A stretch of DNA of 64,000 nt, taken from NCBI RefSeq assembly GCF_023229105.1, contig NZ_JALNZY010000001.1, forward strand, positions 1,938 through 65,937, read 5' to 3'. A program made the translations under genes and the position numbers. This document shows, one piece after another, positions 1-10,588 of the stretch. The notes under the pieces were generated by a model. It was not told the DNA's origin. It saw nothing but the letters and a program-made list of their open reading frames with translations, and ran no database searches. The first letter of the stretch is position 1, and each line of letters starts with the position of its first letter. The DNA is from Sulfurimonas sp. GTDB taxonomy: Bacteria > Campylobacterota > Campylobacteria > Campylobacterales > Sulfurimonadaceae.

Positions 1-130
1 AGTTGAAAAGCTAGAAGCTTTCAATCCACCAACACTCCAAGCAGCTTCGCAGATTTCGGGTATTACTCCGGCAGCGATAGAGATACTGCATATATTTATA
101 AGAATTTCTATGAAAAATCAGAAATATTAA
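1..130 (+). CDS. mnmG: tRNA uridine-5-carboxymethylaminomethyl modification enzyme MnmG/GidA, C-terminal end (partial)
   Basis: My translation from base 2 is [42 protein letters not shown], matching the conserved MnmG C-terminus (P.TL..ASRISG.TPAA); stop TAA at 128-130. Confidence 0.85.
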   Translation, partial: VEKLEAFNPPTLQAASQISGITPAAIEILHIFIRISMKNQKY

Positions 131-236
131 CAATTTCTTGACCTACTCTACTACATGTAAGCTGTGTGTTAAATTTTTATGACAGCCTTTGTATAGTTCT
201 TGATTTTTTTAACATTATCATAAGAGACAATCCATT

Positions 237-494
237 TTATAACGTCTTCGGCAACAGTTCACACATATCTATTTCAAGTACATAAGCGATTTTTGCCAGA
301 TGCTCTATATTGAAGTGCTGTTTATTATGGTAAATCTCCGCAAGAGAAATGATAGAAACGGATTTATGCCCTATCATCTGCGCTAGTTTTAGTTGACTGA
401 GTCCTTTTTCTGTACGTGCTTTTTTAACATTATTGCCTATTTCTACATGTAGGTCATCTATAAAATCTTCGGGTAAATCTAAAATATCTTTCAT
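237..494 (-). CDS. XRE/Cro-C1 family helix-turn-helix transcriptional regulator
   Basis: 85 aa with IGNNVKKARTEKGLSQLKLAQMIG, a typical HTH_3 pattern. Confidence 0.85.
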   Translation of the reverse strand: MKDILDLPEDFIDDLHVEIGNNVKKARTEKGLSQLKLAQMIGHKSVSIISLAEIYHNKQHFNIEHLAKIAYVLEIDMCELLPKTL

Positions 495-604
495 TTAATC
501 CAACTTGTTATAAGAAGTTGTAAAGTTTATTAGGATAAAATTTTTCTATCAACTTGTAATAACAAGTTAAAATATAAAAAGTGAATTGAAAAGCAGTAAT
601 TTAA

Positions 605-1459
605 ATGAAGTATGAATCTTATTTACAATATATTTCTTTAATAGGAAAACATGTACCTATTTCCGTTACCAACACACACGGTGTCATAACTTGCGTAAGT
701 GATGCCTTTTGCAAAATGACGGGTTATTCAGAGCACGAACTTATCGGACAGAAACATTCCCTATTGCGTCATTTTGATACAAGAGATGAAATTTATAGCG
801 ACATGTGGAGCAAGATATCACAGGGAGTATCTTGGTATGGACGTCTGAAAAATAAGACCAAATGTAAAAAGACTTTTTTGGTGGACGAATATATAGAACC
901 TCTGTTCAAAGCCGGCGAAGTCATCGGCTATATGGCTATACGAAAAAACGTCACCAATGAAGCGGCATTTGAAAAACTTGCAAAAATAGATCCTTTGACG
1001 GGGCTATATAACCGTTATGCTATCGAAGAGTTTTTACGTTTGTTCATAGAAGAAGCCCACAGATATGAGGTAGAGTTCTCCGTTATTATGATAGACTTGG
1101 ATGATTTTAAAGAAGTAAATGACATGTATGGGCATTTGGCAGGGGATGAAGTTCTAAAAAGCTTTGCGACTATTTTTCAAAAAACGATTCGATTGTCCGA
1201 CCGTGTAGGTCGTTGGGGCGGAGAGGAGTTTTTAGTTCTGCTTCCGCATGCATCATACGAAGAAGCGTTTGAGTTGGCTGAGCGCGTGCGCGTAAAAACA
1301 TGCTCTTGTCGATTCGATGAAATAGGATATAAAACCGCAAGTTTTGGAGTTGCGTTGTTTGAAAAAGGAGATACTCTGACATCATTGATAAACAAAGCAG
1401 ATCAAGCATTATATATATCTAAAAAAAAAGGTAAGAATCAAGTACGTTGTTTTAGATAA
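605..1459 (+). CDS. PAS-domain diguanylate cyclase (GGDEF)
   Basis: N-terminal PAS (VSDAFCKMTGYSEHELIGQ), DPLTGLYNR, GGEEF active site and RxxD I-site (RLSD). Confidence 0.92.
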   Translation: MKYESYLQYISLIGKHVPISVTNTHGVITCVSDAFCKMTGYSEHELIGQKHSLLRHFDTRDEIYSDMWSKISQGVSWYGRLKNKTKCKKTFLVDEYIEPLFKAGEVIGYMAIRKNVTNEAAFEKLAKIDPLTGLYNRYAIEEFLRLFIEEAHRYEVEFSVIMIDLDDFKEVNDMYGHLAGDEVLKSFATIFQKTIRLSDRVGRWGGEEFLVLLPHASYEEAFELAERVRVKTCSCRFDEIGYKTASFGVALFEKGDTLTSLINKADQALYISKKKGKNQVRCFR

Positions 1460-1720
1460 CCTTGCAATCTCCTCAATATAATCGAACACGAGTGTTATAT
1501 TTTCGAACTTAAAGATATACCTCTCTTTTGCGTCGTCGCCCCTCTTGGAACTCTGTAAGTTTTACGTATATAGGTTACAGAGACCGCATGAAATTTTTTG
1601 TCTTTTTTTATGAGAATTATCCTTTTGAAGTTCTCGTTTAGTTATTTTGATATAAGCAGTATTAATCAGCAAAACAGGTTAAAAGGATAAAATTTTAAAA
1701 ATTATAAGAGAGATAGAGAA

Positions 1721-2587
1721 ATGAATATCTACTACTATGTACATACTGGGCACAGAATAGGGCTTGACAGATTTAGAAGAGCATGTACGATAATCCGCTT
1801 GTTAAAAGATATGGATATTACGCTTCTTTGTTCGGATTTTCGTATTGCAAATGAGGCGAGACATTTTGGTGTGGATAAAGCGGTTGGAATAGATGTGATT
1901 AGGAACATTCCTCAAATTGCAAAACATGGCGATAAACTGATATTTGACTCTGAAGAAGCAAATCCTATCATGCTTGATGATATGAGAAAATTTTTCTCCA
2001 CTTTTATCCGTGTAAGCGATGATAAAAATGATAAAAAAGAGCAGGGAGAATTTTTAATTTCTCCTTATTTAAGTGGCGAGGGCATCTGTAATGCTGTTGC
2101 AATAGATGATAAATATTTTCAAGATAAAGAAAAAACAATCAAGCTTTCATACTTTTTCGGCGATGATGATTATGAGAAGGATTTAGAGAAAAATTTAGCT
2201 TTTGTTGAGGATTTAAACCCTGATTTACTGCTCGGTTTTTATTACTTTTTGGATTATGAAGATTCCCTAAAAGGGAAGTTTAATAAGCATCATGAGTTTG
2301 AAGAGTATGACGATGTCATTCAAAAGTCAGAAATTCTCATAACATCATCCCCTCAAGCCGTTTTAGAAAGTTTAGCATCAGGTGCTAAACCAATATATAT
2401 TCAAAGAGAGGATTATGCTTCAGATTTTCAAGAATTGTTTAAGAAAATGAACATTCCAATCATCGAAAATTATGAAAAATGTCAACTCTTGACAACATTG
2501 AAAAGCCTTGAAACAAGGGAGTATTACAATGTGCAACATAATAGCGATAAATTACGAGATTTTATAAAAGAAAACTTAAATTTATAA
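1721..2587 (+). CDS. conserved hypothetical protein, distantly PseG/SpsG-like (GT-B fold)
   Basis: 288-aa ORF with good RBS; N-terminus HTGHRIGLDRFRR resembles the PseG/SpsG GxGH..R region; C-terminal SEILITSSPQAVLESLASG is GT-B-like. Confidence 0.45.
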   Translation: MNIYYYVHTGHRIGLDRFRRACTIIRLLKDMDITLLCSDFRIANEARHFGVDKAVGIDVIRNIPQIAKHGDKLIFDSEEANPIMLDDMRKFFSTFIRVSDDKNDKKEQGEFLISPYLSGEGICNAVAIDDKYFQDKEKTIKLSYFFGDDDYEKDLEKNLAFVEDLNPDLLLGFYYFLDYEDSLKGKFNKHHEFEEYDDVIQKSEILITSSPQAVLESLASGAKPIYIQREDYASDFQELFKKMNIPIIENYEKCQLLTTLKSLETREYYNVQHNSDKLRDFIKENLNL

Positions 2588-2648
2588 TTACTTAAAACTA
2601 TTTTAGTATATAATCAGGCTTTAATTTTATACGAAAGAGAGCTTAGAG

Positions 2649-3173
2649 ATGCATAACAGTAGCCGTAGAGGTTTTATGGGTAAAGCATTTGGTGCCGTTG
2701 CAGGTATCGGTGCTGTTGGTTCATTGGTTGCAATGAAAAAGTCTTGGGACCCGCTTCCAAGCGTTAAAGCCGCAGGTTTTACCACTCTTGATATGACAAT
2801 ATATCCAGAAGGTGAACTAGTAACAGAAAAATGGAGAGGAAAGCCTATCTTTGTTTTGAAAAAAACAGCTGAAATGATTGCAAGCCAAACAGAGAGCCAA
2901 AAGGCAAGAGATGTTGTCGTTGGAGATTCTCATTTTATGATTGCTATTGGTTTATGCACACACTTAGGTTGTATCCCAGGTTACAATCCCGCAGAGAAGT
3001 CATTTTTATGTGCTTGTCATGGCGGTATGTTTAACTGGGCCGGTGAGGTAACTAAAGTTCCGCCACCACGTGCATTTGATATTCCTCCATTTAAAATTGA
3101 AGGTAACAATATGATTCTTGGCGAAGTAGGTCCGGAATTTCAAGCTATGAAAGATAGCGGAATAACGCTTTAA
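2649..3173 (+). CDS. petA: ubiquinol/menaquinol-cytochrome c reductase Rieske Fe-S subunit
   Basis: Tat signal SRRGFM; Rieske boxes CTHLGC and CACHGG. Confidence 0.97.
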   Translation: MHNSSRRGFMGKAFGAVAGIGAVGSLVAMKKSWDPLPSVKAAGFTTLDMTIYPEGELVTEKWRGKPIFVLKKTAEMIASQTESQKARDVVVGDSHFMIAIGLCTHLGCIPGYNPAEKSFLCACHGGMFNWAGEVTKVPPPRAFDIPPFKIEGNNMILGEVGPEFQAMKDSGITL

Positions 3174-3188
3174 AGAGGGGGATGAATT

Positions 3189-4403
3189 ATGGCACATTTT
3201 ACAAAAGCAACAAGTGTTAAGGATTGGTTAAACCAACGCCTAGCAATTGAAAAAGTTGAAAAGGTTATGGCATCTGAGTATTGGATACCGAAAAATATTA
3301 ACTTTTTATGGGCAATGGGTATGGTTTTGGCAATTACATTTGCATTACTATTAGTTTCAGGAATTTTTCTTTTAATGTATTATCAACCACATGTTGATTT
3401 GGCATTTGACAGTGTAAACTTCACTATCATGAGAGAGGTAGATTTTGGTTGGTTATGGAGACATGTTCACGGGGTAGCTGCATCTGTAGTTTTCTTGGTT
3501 ATTTATATTCACATGTTTACGGGCATCTATTATGGTTCATATAAGAAGGGGCGTGAGATGATTTGGATCTCGGGCATGCTTTTATTTGTGACTTTTTCTG
3601 CTGAAGCGTTTAGCGGATATATGCTTCCTTGGGGACAAATGAGTTACTGGGCAGGTATGGTTATTACTAACATTTTTAGTCTTGGCGATTTGCACTTAAA
3701 TGGTTTAGTTGAGTGGATTCGTGGAGATTATGTTCCTGCTCAAGCATTCTTAAGCCGTTTCTTTATGCTTCACGTACTTCTTTTACCATTGGCTATTATG
3801 GGACTTATAGGGCTTCACTTTGCAGCTCTTCGTATTCCACATGTTAATAATCAAGACGGCGAAGAGATTGATTTTGATGCAGAGAGTAAAAAATACCTAG
3901 CTGGCGATAAAGCTGGTTCTAAAGTTATGCGTTTTGCTAATGATTTTATGAGTAAAGATTTAATGGTTGTCGGTATATTCCTTATCTTTTTCTTTTATCT
4001 TGTATTTTATAATTACGGTTTTGCACTTGATCCTGTAAACTTTGACCCTGCAGATATGCTTAAAACTCCTGCACATATCTACCCAGAGTGGTACTTCTTG
4101 TGGTCTTATGAGATTTTACGTCCATTTTCTGTAAACATCGGTCTAATGGCTTTTGGTTTTGCACAAGTTATCTTTGTTCTTCTTCCATGGTTAGATAGAA
4201 GCCCAAATGCTGTTCCGGCAAGTCGTCGTGGTGCATTTAAAGTTTGGTTCTGGTTGTTATTAATCGATATGATTGTCTTGACAGCCATGGGCAAACTACC
4301 TCCAGAGGGTATATTCAGCACTATTGGTTTAGTTGCTGCATTAGCGTTTATAGTTTTATGGGTTGCACTTCCATTTATAACTATGAATGAAAAAAAAGTA
4401 TAA
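3189..4403 (+). CDS. petB: cytochrome b of the bc1 complex
   Basis: WLWRHVH, GYMLPWGQMSYW, PEWY motif. Confidence 0.97.
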   Translation: MAHFTKATSVKDWLNQRLAIEKVEKVMASEYWIPKNINFLWAMGMVLAITFALLLVSGIFLLMYYQPHVDLAFDSVNFTIMREVDFGWLWRHVHGVAASVVFLVIYIHMFTGIYYGSYKKGREMIWISGMLLFVTFSAEAFSGYMLPWGQMSYWAGMVITNIFSLGDLHLNGLVEWIRGDYVPAQAFLSRFFMLHVLLLPLAIMGLIGLHFAALRIPHVNNQDGEEIDFDAESKKYLAGDKAGSKVMRFANDFMSKDLMVVGIFLIFFFYLVFYNYGFALDPVNFDPADMLKTPAHIYPEWYFLWSYEILRPFSVNIGLMAFGFAQVIFVLLPWLDRSPNAVPASRRGAFKVWFWLLLIDMIVLTAMGKLPPEGIFSTIGLVAALAFIVLWVALPFITMNEKKV

Positions 4404-4413
4404 GGAGAATAGG

Positions 4414-5361
4414 ATGAAAAATAAAGAACCTTTAATATTGGTTATTGTTATTGCTTTTGCTCTCCTAACATACTGGTTAGTTGAGCCATTTGCACACTCT
4501 CAGATGCATAAACATGTAGAGGGTAAAAATTTTGCTTATGCAGATTTACCGGCTCTTACTAAAGTAGGTAATGCCGCAAACGGTAAAGAACTTACAATGG
4601 GAGCTGCCGGTTGTACCGGTTGTCACTCTATCATAAAAGAGGGAGCACCTGCTGGGATGGATCCTGTTACTGCTGCGCAGAGCTATGGTGTAAATCCACC
4701 AGATCTAGGTGAAGCCGGTGTTCTTTATGATGCTAAGTTTTTAGCAGAGCTGATTAAAAATCCTGCACATGCACTTAAAGTTGAGCATAAATTTGATGCC
4801 GCTAAAGGTCAAATGCACCCAATGGTTGCTTTTTACGGAGCAGGCGGAGATATTGATCAAGAAGTTGCAGACATGGTTGCATATCTGCAATCAATAGCAG
4901 TTAAAAAAGATGAACTAACGCCAAAAATGGCATATGAAAATGCTTGTGGTAGATGTCATGAGATGAGATATGAAAAATGGACACAAATAGGAACTAAACC
5001 TTCGTTTAAGTTTGAAAAAGATTTATTAGCGTTTGATATTCAAGTGTTAGAGTACCAAAATGCATTAACGGCGTATATGGGTAAACTTCCTCCGGATTTA
5101 TCAATGTACATCCGTTCAAGAAGCGAGCATTTCTTAAGTACCTTTATCGAAAACCCTCAAGCACATTTAGCTGGTACAGCAATGCCTAGAGTAGGTATTA
5201 CGGCAGACACTGCGCACAAAGTTATTGAGCATATGGCAAATTCTGGAGATACAAAAAGAGATGAAAGAGCGTCTATTGGAACCAATGTGATGTGGTATAT
5301 TCTTGTTTTTGCTATCTTTGCATTCCTATGGAAAAGATCAGTTTGGAGAGATTTACACTAA
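4414..5361 (+). CDS. petC: cytochrome c1 (diheme, Campylobacterota type)
   Basis: Follows petB; CTGCH and CGRCH; C-terminal TM helix. Start moved to the ATG at 4414, behind the AAGGAG RBS. Confidence 0.93.
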   Translation: MKNKEPLILVIVIAFALLTYWLVEPFAHSQMHKHVEGKNFAYADLPALTKVGNAANGKELTMGAAGCTGCHSIIKEGAPAGMDPVTAAQSYGVNPPDLGEAGVLYDAKFLAELIKNPAHALKVEHKFDAAKGQMHPMVAFYGAGGDIDQEVADMVAYLQSIAVKKDELTPKMAYENACGRCHEMRYEKWTQIGTKPSFKFEKDLLAFDIQVLEYQNALTAYMGKLPPDLSMYIRSRSEHFLSTFIENPQAHLAGTAMPRVGITADTAHKVIEHMANSGDTKRDERASIGTNVMWYILVFAIFAFLWKRSVWRDLH

Positions 5362-5373
5362 ACTATCCAAAAT

Positions 5374-5397
5374 AACTTGCCTCTTCTGAGGCAAGTT
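5374..5397. terminator. hairpin terminator after petC (convergent with the RDD gene)
   Basis: Perfect 10-bp stem AACTTGCCTC-ttct-GAGGCAAGTT. Confidence 0.8.
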
Positions 5398-5460
5398 TCC
5401 TTCAGCAACTTCAAACTCAACTCTAAAATAACAGTATATAAATCACTCAAAAAATTAAAA

Positions 5461-5925
5461 CTACTCTTTTGTACTTACAACTAAAGTATTACAGATGATA
5501 TCATGAAGAGCTTTTTTGTCTTTTCTATAAAATGGCACAAGGAGCCCTAAAAGTGTAGTAGCAGTAAACAAAAAGGCTACAAACCGCAACAGAGCTCTAA
5601 AAAAACTTAGATTTTTCCCTGTTTTATCATCTACAACTTTTAATTCGTAAGCTTTTTTCCCCGGAGTTTGCCCAAACTTGCTCAAAAGCACAGCGTAGAT
5701 TAGCCCATAGAGAGACACACCAATAAGCGGTGCTAATTGTGAAGACTGAAACGCATCTTTACCATCTAAAGCAACATAAGTTATAAGGTAGAGTATGGGA
5801 GCATATATCATAAACAGATCTGTAATAAAAGCTTTTACTCTTGAACTATAATGTGCATAGTGGAGTTTATTTATCTTTTTTTTCTCTGTAATGTGCTTGT
5901 TTTTTTTTAGGTTTCTAAATCTCAT
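5461..5925 (-). CDS. RDD family membrane protein
   Basis: RVKAFITD...GQTPGKK...R..LHD RDD signature. Start moved to MRFRNLKK, just downstream of a TGTTATAAT box at 5932-5940. Confidence 0.88.
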   Translation of the reverse strand: MRFRNLKKNKHITEKKKINKLHYAHYSSRVKAFITDLFMIYAPILYLITYVALDGKDAFQSSQLAPLIGVSLYGLIYAVLLSKFGQTPGKKAYELKVVDDKTGKNLSFFRALLRFVAFLFTATTLLGLLVPFYRKDKKALHDIICNTLVVSTKE

Positions 5926-6185
5926 GGCGCAATTATAACAAAGGAAAAGAACATTTTTAATGTCTAGAAGTATAAAGCAGTGCTTAAAATGTAGAATTAG
6001 CAAATAAAAGTCAACAAAATGACAATGAAAGGGTAAATTTAAACTAAATTTAAAAATTAGAGAGGTAGAATATGTGAGGTCGTAATTGCCTATAACTAGA
6101 AGTGATATACAAGCTATAAGATTTATAGCGTTATATATCACTTCTATAAAGAGGGTGATTAAGAGACAAAAAACAGGAGAATTAA

Positions 6186-7415
6186 ATGAGAAATATGGTA
6201 AAAATGTCAATAGTGGCAGCTTCACTGATTGCAACTACAGCAATGGCTGCAGATAAAGGTATAGATATTACTACTACTGGTCAAGCGGTAGTTTATTATC
6301 AAACATTAGCTAATAATGGCGCTGGCGCACCAGATCTTTTTGATCAAGCAACCGGTAGAGCGAATGTGGGTATTCAGTTAAACTTAGATGCAGATCTTAA
6401 AAATGGGTTTACGTTTGGTTCAACAATTAACTACCTAGGAACTTTAGGTTTAGAAAAAAACATAGTTTCTGGTACTATGCAAAATACAAATGGTGGGATA
6501 GCTGAAAACAATATTGCTGATGATATCTACTTAAGTCAATTGTATATTGCTAAAAAGATTGCTAACACAACTGTAAAACTTGGTCGTCAAGAACTTCCAC
6601 AATCTCTTTCACCATTTGCATATTCTGAGGGATGGAGTGTATTTAAAAATACTTTCGATGCTGCTTTAGTTGTTAATACAGATATTCCTGATACTACTTT
6701 GGTTGGTGCTTATGTTTCTAAAGGAAACTTTAACGCTGCTGCAAATGCTGATATGTCAAGCTATGGAGATCTTAGCACAACAGCAGGTGCTGTAAACAGT
6801 ACTGCTTATATGGTTACTGCTCAAAATAAGTCTATTCCAGTGGCAACTTTAACGGGTACATATTATTCATTATCTGACGTAGCTGGGGTTGTAGATGCAG
6901 ATGTTCTTTGGGGAGATGTTGCTATAGCTAGTAAAGATTTACCGTTGGGACTAAACTTTGGTATTCAAGGTGGATCTATCATGCCAGATTCTGGTTTAAA
7001 AGATACTGACGCTTTAGGTTTAAAAGCTGGCATGAAAATTGATGCTTTATCTTTAACTGCAGCATATACAACTGTTAATGATGGAGCTGTTGGTATAAGA
7101 AATACAGGTGGTATCAAAACTCCACTATATACACAAATGATTCTTAATCAAACTTCTCTATATTTAGACAATGACACTTACATGTTAAAAGTTGCTTATA
7201 GTTTTGGAGAAGCCGGTACTCTAATCGCTCAAGGTGCTATAACTGATGATAAATCAGTTGCTGATAGAGATTTAACTGACTTAGAGCTTGTATATAAAGT
7301 TAAAGCCGGCGGTGTTGATTTCTTAGCTGCTTACGTTAACCAATCATGGGACGCACCAGCAGGCGCTGCTGATGGTCAAGACTTAGTTCGTGTTGTTGCA
7401 CGTTATAACTTCTAA
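6186..7415 (+). CDS. major outer membrane porin (Campylobacterota MOMP/OprD-like)
   Basis: Signal peptide, amphipathic beta-strands, C-terminal VARYNF beta-signal, strong RBS and own terminator. Confidence 0.8.
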   Translation: MRNMVKMSIVAASLIATTAMAADKGIDITTTGQAVVYYQTLANNGAGAPDLFDQATGRANVGIQLNLDADLKNGFTFGSTINYLGTLGLEKNIVSGTMQNTNGGIAENNIADDIYLSQLYIAKKIANTTVKLGRQELPQSLSPFAYSEGWSVFKNTFDAALVVNTDIPDTTLVGAYVSKGNFNAAANADMSSYGDLSTTAGAVNSTAYMVTAQNKSIPVATLTGTYYSLSDVAGVVDADVLWGDVAIASKDLPLGLNFGIQGGSIMPDSGLKDTDALGLKAGMKIDALSLTAAYTTVNDGAVGIRNTGGIKTPLYTQMILNQTSLYLDNDTYMLKVAYSFGEAGTLIAQGAITDDKSVADRDLTDLELVYKVKAGGVDFLAAYVNQSWDAPAGAADGQDLVRVVARYNF

Positions 7416-7444
7416 TAAACATTTAACACGCTAAATGTTTTCCT

Positions 7445-7466
7445 CTCTCAAGCTCTTGCTTGAGAG
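7445..7466 (+). terminator. terminator after the porin gene
   Basis: CTCTCAAGC-tctt-GCTTGAGAG, 9-bp perfect stem. Confidence 0.8.
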
Positions 7467-7548
7467 TACATCTTTTAAAATATCCGTTTCTTATAAAATA
7501 TTCAACTCCTTATGATATAATCTAACATAAAAATAAAAAAGAGTAACT

Positions 7549-8166
7549 ATGAAAAAAATTAAAATATTACTAAGTGCAACGGCATTGTTGCTCATAACCG
7601 GATGTGCAAATAAAGTTCCATTTGAAGAGAGTGTACCTCTTGAAAATGCATCTGTAGCTTATGTATATATGCCAAATTACAGTGAATTAGTTGAAGGCAG
7701 TTCTAATCAAAATTATTCTATAAGAATAAATGATAAAATGGTTGAAGGTAGAATTAAAAGCAATGAATATATGGTGCTTGACTTAAAGCCACAAAATATC
7801 AAATTTTCGGCAATAAGAGGTGCTATAGAGGAAAAAACAGTTACCTTAGATTTAAAAGCAGGGGAGACATACTATCTTAGAATCAGAGATAATCTGCAAA
7901 ACGGTAGTTTCGGTTTTGAAAATGTTTCAAAAGAGATTGCAAAAAAAGAGATTATCAACACTGGTCTTGCCGGCTCAGTTATGGAAGATGCAAGCAATGT
8001 TCTTAGTGAACTTGTAGGAACTTCTGAGCCAAAAGAGGAAAAAATAAAAGCTAAAACAGTTACTTCAAAAACTGATGAATTGGAAAAAGCATATAACTTA
8101 AAACAAAAAGGCGCTCTAACAGAGGAGGAGTTTAAAGCTCTAAAGTCTGAAATCATCTCCAAATAA
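7549..8166 (+). CDS. lipoprotein, DUF2846-like domain plus C-terminal SHOCT domain
   Basis: Lipobox LITGC; C-terminal LEKAYNLKQKGALTEEEFKALKSEII is the SHOCT pattern; TGATATAAT promoter at 7513-7521. Confidence 0.75.
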   Translation: MKKIKILLSATALLLITGCANKVPFEESVPLENASVAYVYMPNYSELVEGSSNQNYSIRINDKMVEGRIKSNEYMVLDLKPQNIKFSAIRGAIEEKTVTLDLKAGETYYLRIRDNLQNGSFGFENVSKEIAKKEIINTGLAGSVMEDASNVLSELVGTSEPKEEKIKAKTVTSKTDELEKAYNLKQKGALTEEEFKALKSEIISK

Positions 8167-8170
8167 CTAT

Positions 8171-8193
8171 CTTCTTGTACCTAGTACAAGAAG
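8171..8193 (+). terminator. terminator hairpin
   Basis: CTTCTTGTAC-cta-GTACAAGAAG, 10-bp perfect stem right after the stop codon. Confidence 0.75.
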
Positions 8194-8279
8194 CCCTCTT
8201 TTAATTTTTTCTGATTAGCATCAAACTTTATTTTAGCTCTACAAGATATAATACAAGCAACAATAAAATAGGAAAATAT

Positions 8280-9245
8280 ATGCTAATTGATAGCTTTGAG
8301 AGGGTAGTTGACTATCTTCGCATCTCCGTAACAGAGAGATGCAACTTTAGATGTCAGTACTGTATGCCTGAGAAGCCTTTTTCATGGGTGCCAAAAGAGA
8401 ATCTGCTTACATTTGAGGAGCTTTTTTTATTTGTCAAAGTTGCCATTGACGAGGGAATTAAAAAAATCCGCATAACAGGTGGAGAACCGCTTCTAAGAGA
8501 AGACTTAGATAAATTCATAAAAATGATTTACGATTATGAGCCTAGCATAGATTTGGCTATGACGACAAATGCCTTTTTGCTCAAATCCACTGCACAAAAA
8601 CTAAAAGATGCTGGATTAAAACGTTTAAACGTAAGCATTGACACACTAAAACCTGAAGTTGCGCAAAAAATAGCAGGAAAAGATGTTTTAAAGAATGTTT
8701 TAGAGGGTGTTGAGGAAGCAAGAGCAGTAGGTTTAAAGGTTAAGGTAAACATGGTTCCTATGAAAAATGTTAATGCAGATGAAATTATAGATGTTTTAAA
8801 CTACTGCAAAGAGCGTGATATGACGATAAGATTTATAGAGTATATGGAGAACCAATATGCTTCTAAAGAGATAAGTGGACTTAAATCAGATGAACTTTTG
8901 GCAACTCTAAGAGAGCATTATGAGTTTGAAGATGAAGGATTTGATGGGGCATCTCCTTCACATTATTACCGTTTAAAAGATGGTTATAGATTTGGAATCA
9001 TTGAGCCTTATGGGGATGATTTTTGTAAGCAGTGCAATCGTATTCGTTTAACTGCAGAGGGAAATCTTATACCATGCCTCTATTTTGATGAAGCTATGAG
9101 TATATCAAAATCCATAAAAGAGGATGATATTGCAGCGGCTGCTGAAGTTTTAAGAGAAGTTGTAAAGAGTAAGCCGGAAAAAAATCGTTGGGGTGGGGAA
9201 GATGGAGAAGTTTCATCCCGTGCTTTTTATGAAACAGGTGGTTGA
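8280..9245 (+). CDS. moaA: GTP 3',8-cyclase (molybdenum cofactor biosynthesis)
   Basis: [17 protein letters not shown] radical SAM motif; C-terminal [11 protein letters not shown]...PC cluster; ends in GG. Confidence 0.97.
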   Translation: MLIDSFERVVDYLRISVTERCNFRCQYCMPEKPFSWVPKENLLTFEELFLFVKVAIDEGIKKIRITGGEPLLREDLDKFIKMIYDYEPSIDLAMTTNAFLLKSTAQKLKDAGLKRLNVSIDTLKPEVAQKIAGKDVLKNVLEGVEEARAVGLKVKVNMVPMKNVNADEIIDVLNYCKERDMTIRFIEYMENQYASKEISGLKSDELLATLREHYEFEDEGFDGASPSHYYRLKDGYRFGIIEPYGDDFCKQCNRIRLTAEGNLIPCLYFDEAMSISKSIKEDDIAAAAEVLREVVKSKPEKNRWGGEDGEVSSRAFYETGG

Positions 9246-10003
9246 TGATATATTTAGTTGAACATTTTTACTCTATCCAAGGCGAGGGACGCTACACGGG
9301 TACGCCATCAATTTTTTTTCGTTTTGGCGGCTGCAATATGAAGTGTGAGGGTTTTGGCTGCCAAGAGAGAGCGCCTGATGGCACTAAAATTTTGGGATGC
9401 GATACGGTTTATGCGGTAAACAAAGAGCACTTTTTACAAAACTGGATTCCTATAAAGAGTGTAAAAGAGCTATTGGGTGTTTTAGATCTTTATGAGTTGC
9501 CAAAAAAAGTAGATATTGTCTTAACAGGTGGAGAACCGCTTATCTATGCAAGTGAGCATATTTTTATAGAGTTTTTAGAAGCGTTGCATGCAGCTGGGCA
9601 TAGAATTACTTTTGAAACAAACGGTTCATTGGGAGTAGATTTTGAGCGCTATCCAATCTACAAAGAGTGCATTTTTGCGTTATCAGTAAAGCTCTCAAAC
9701 TCAAACGAACCCTTAAGCAAAAGAGTTAGAGGCAGTGTTATAAACTCCATTGCTACAAATGCAAAGGAGGCTTTTTTTAAATTTTCTATTGATGCCGAGT
9801 CTATAAATTTGGGACTTGAGGAGGAGATAGAAGAGATTATTATACATTCGCCTACAACTTCACTTTACTGTATGCCTCTTGGCGGAACAAAAGAGGAAGT
9901 TGAAGCAAATACAGCTCCTCTAATAGAGTTTTGCAAGTCAAAAGGGTACAATTTTAGCGACAGACTTCATATACGAATATGGGACCAAAACAGAGGTGTT
10001 TAG
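9245..10003 (+). CDS. queE: 7-carboxy-7-deazaguanine synthase
   Basis: EHFYSIQGEG, RFGGCNMKC...CDT, LTGGEP, RLHI..W. Confidence 0.92.
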   Translation: MIYLVEHFYSIQGEGRYTGTPSIFFRFGGCNMKCEGFGCQERAPDGTKILGCDTVYAVNKEHFLQNWIPIKSVKELLGVLDLYELPKKVDIVLTGGEPLIYASEHIFIEFLEALHAAGHRITFETNGSLGVDFERYPIYKECIFALSVKLSNSNEPLSKRVRGSVINSIATNAKEAFFKFSIDAESINLGLEEEIEEIIIHSPTTSLYCMPLGGTKEEVEANTAPLIEFCKSKGYNFSDRLHIRIWDQNRGV

Positions 10004-10006
10004 TTT

Positions 10007-10588
10007 ATGATAATAAGAAAGCTTTTTAAATTTGAAAACGCGCATATAGTCAGGGGATGCTCTAGCATAAAATGCAGAAGCTCTATTCATGGACACTCAT
10101 ACAGAGTCGAACTCCTATTTGAGTCAAATTTTTTAGATAACGGTCAGATGGTTTATGATTTTGGACTTATGAAGCAAAATATGAAAGATATTATTGACGG
10201 CTTTGATCATGCTATAACTATATGGAGCGGTGACGATAAAGAGTATATAACAGATATGAAAAAGCACTCTGCTAGATGGGTAGAAGTTCCTCTCTCCCCA
10301 TCGGCAGAGCAGTTTAGCAGAATATTTTTTGTGCTTATTGACAGACTTTTAAAACTTACTAGTACGGTTAACGGAGAGAGGGAAGTAAAGCTTCACAGTG
10401 TAATAGTTCATGAGACGGCGACAGGTTATGCAGAGGCTTTTAAAGAAGATGCTTACTCAGATATAATGGGTAAAATTGACTTAAATGAGATTTTGTTCTC
10501 TTTGGAGATACAAAATAGCTGGCAAGACTCTAAGCTCTTTGAGAAGATTAAAAACGGTGAAAATTTCATAAATCCTAAGAGTGTTTAA
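10007..10588 (+). CDS. queD: 6-carboxytetrahydropterin synthase
   Basis: FENAH...C...HGHSY, DHA and ETATG motifs; follows queE. Confidence 0.9.
   Translation: MIIRKLFKFENAHIVRGCSSIKCRSSIHGHSYRVELLFESNFLDNGQMVYDFGLMKQNMKDIIDGFDHAITIWSGDDKEYITDMKKHSARWVEVPLSPSAEQFSRIFFVLIDRLLKLTSTVNGEREVKLHSVIVHETATGYAEAFKEDAYSDIMGKIDLNEILFSLEIQNSWQDSKLFEKIKNGENFINPKSV

Noticed and set aside
605-1459. Linking the two diguanylate cyclases (605-1459 and 52722-53834) to control of the cytochrome cluster
   Set aside because: Both lie outside the cluster among housekeeping genes, and such genes are abundant in these genomes; nothing in the sequence ties them to it.
1460-1720. Stop-interrupted minus-strand frame (MRSL*PIYVNLQ...) and a CTCTGTAA/TTACAGAG hairpin
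   Set aside because: Short, with no recognisable homology; not enough to call a pseudogene or sRNA.
4414-5361. Two heme motifs in cytochrome c1 as a novelty
   Set aside because: A diheme PetC/QcrC is normal for Campylobacterota.
5926-6234. Long N-terminal extensions on the RDD ORF (to 6234) and on moeA (to 12075)
   Set aside because: They overlap promoters and opposite-strand genes; internal starts fit the families better.
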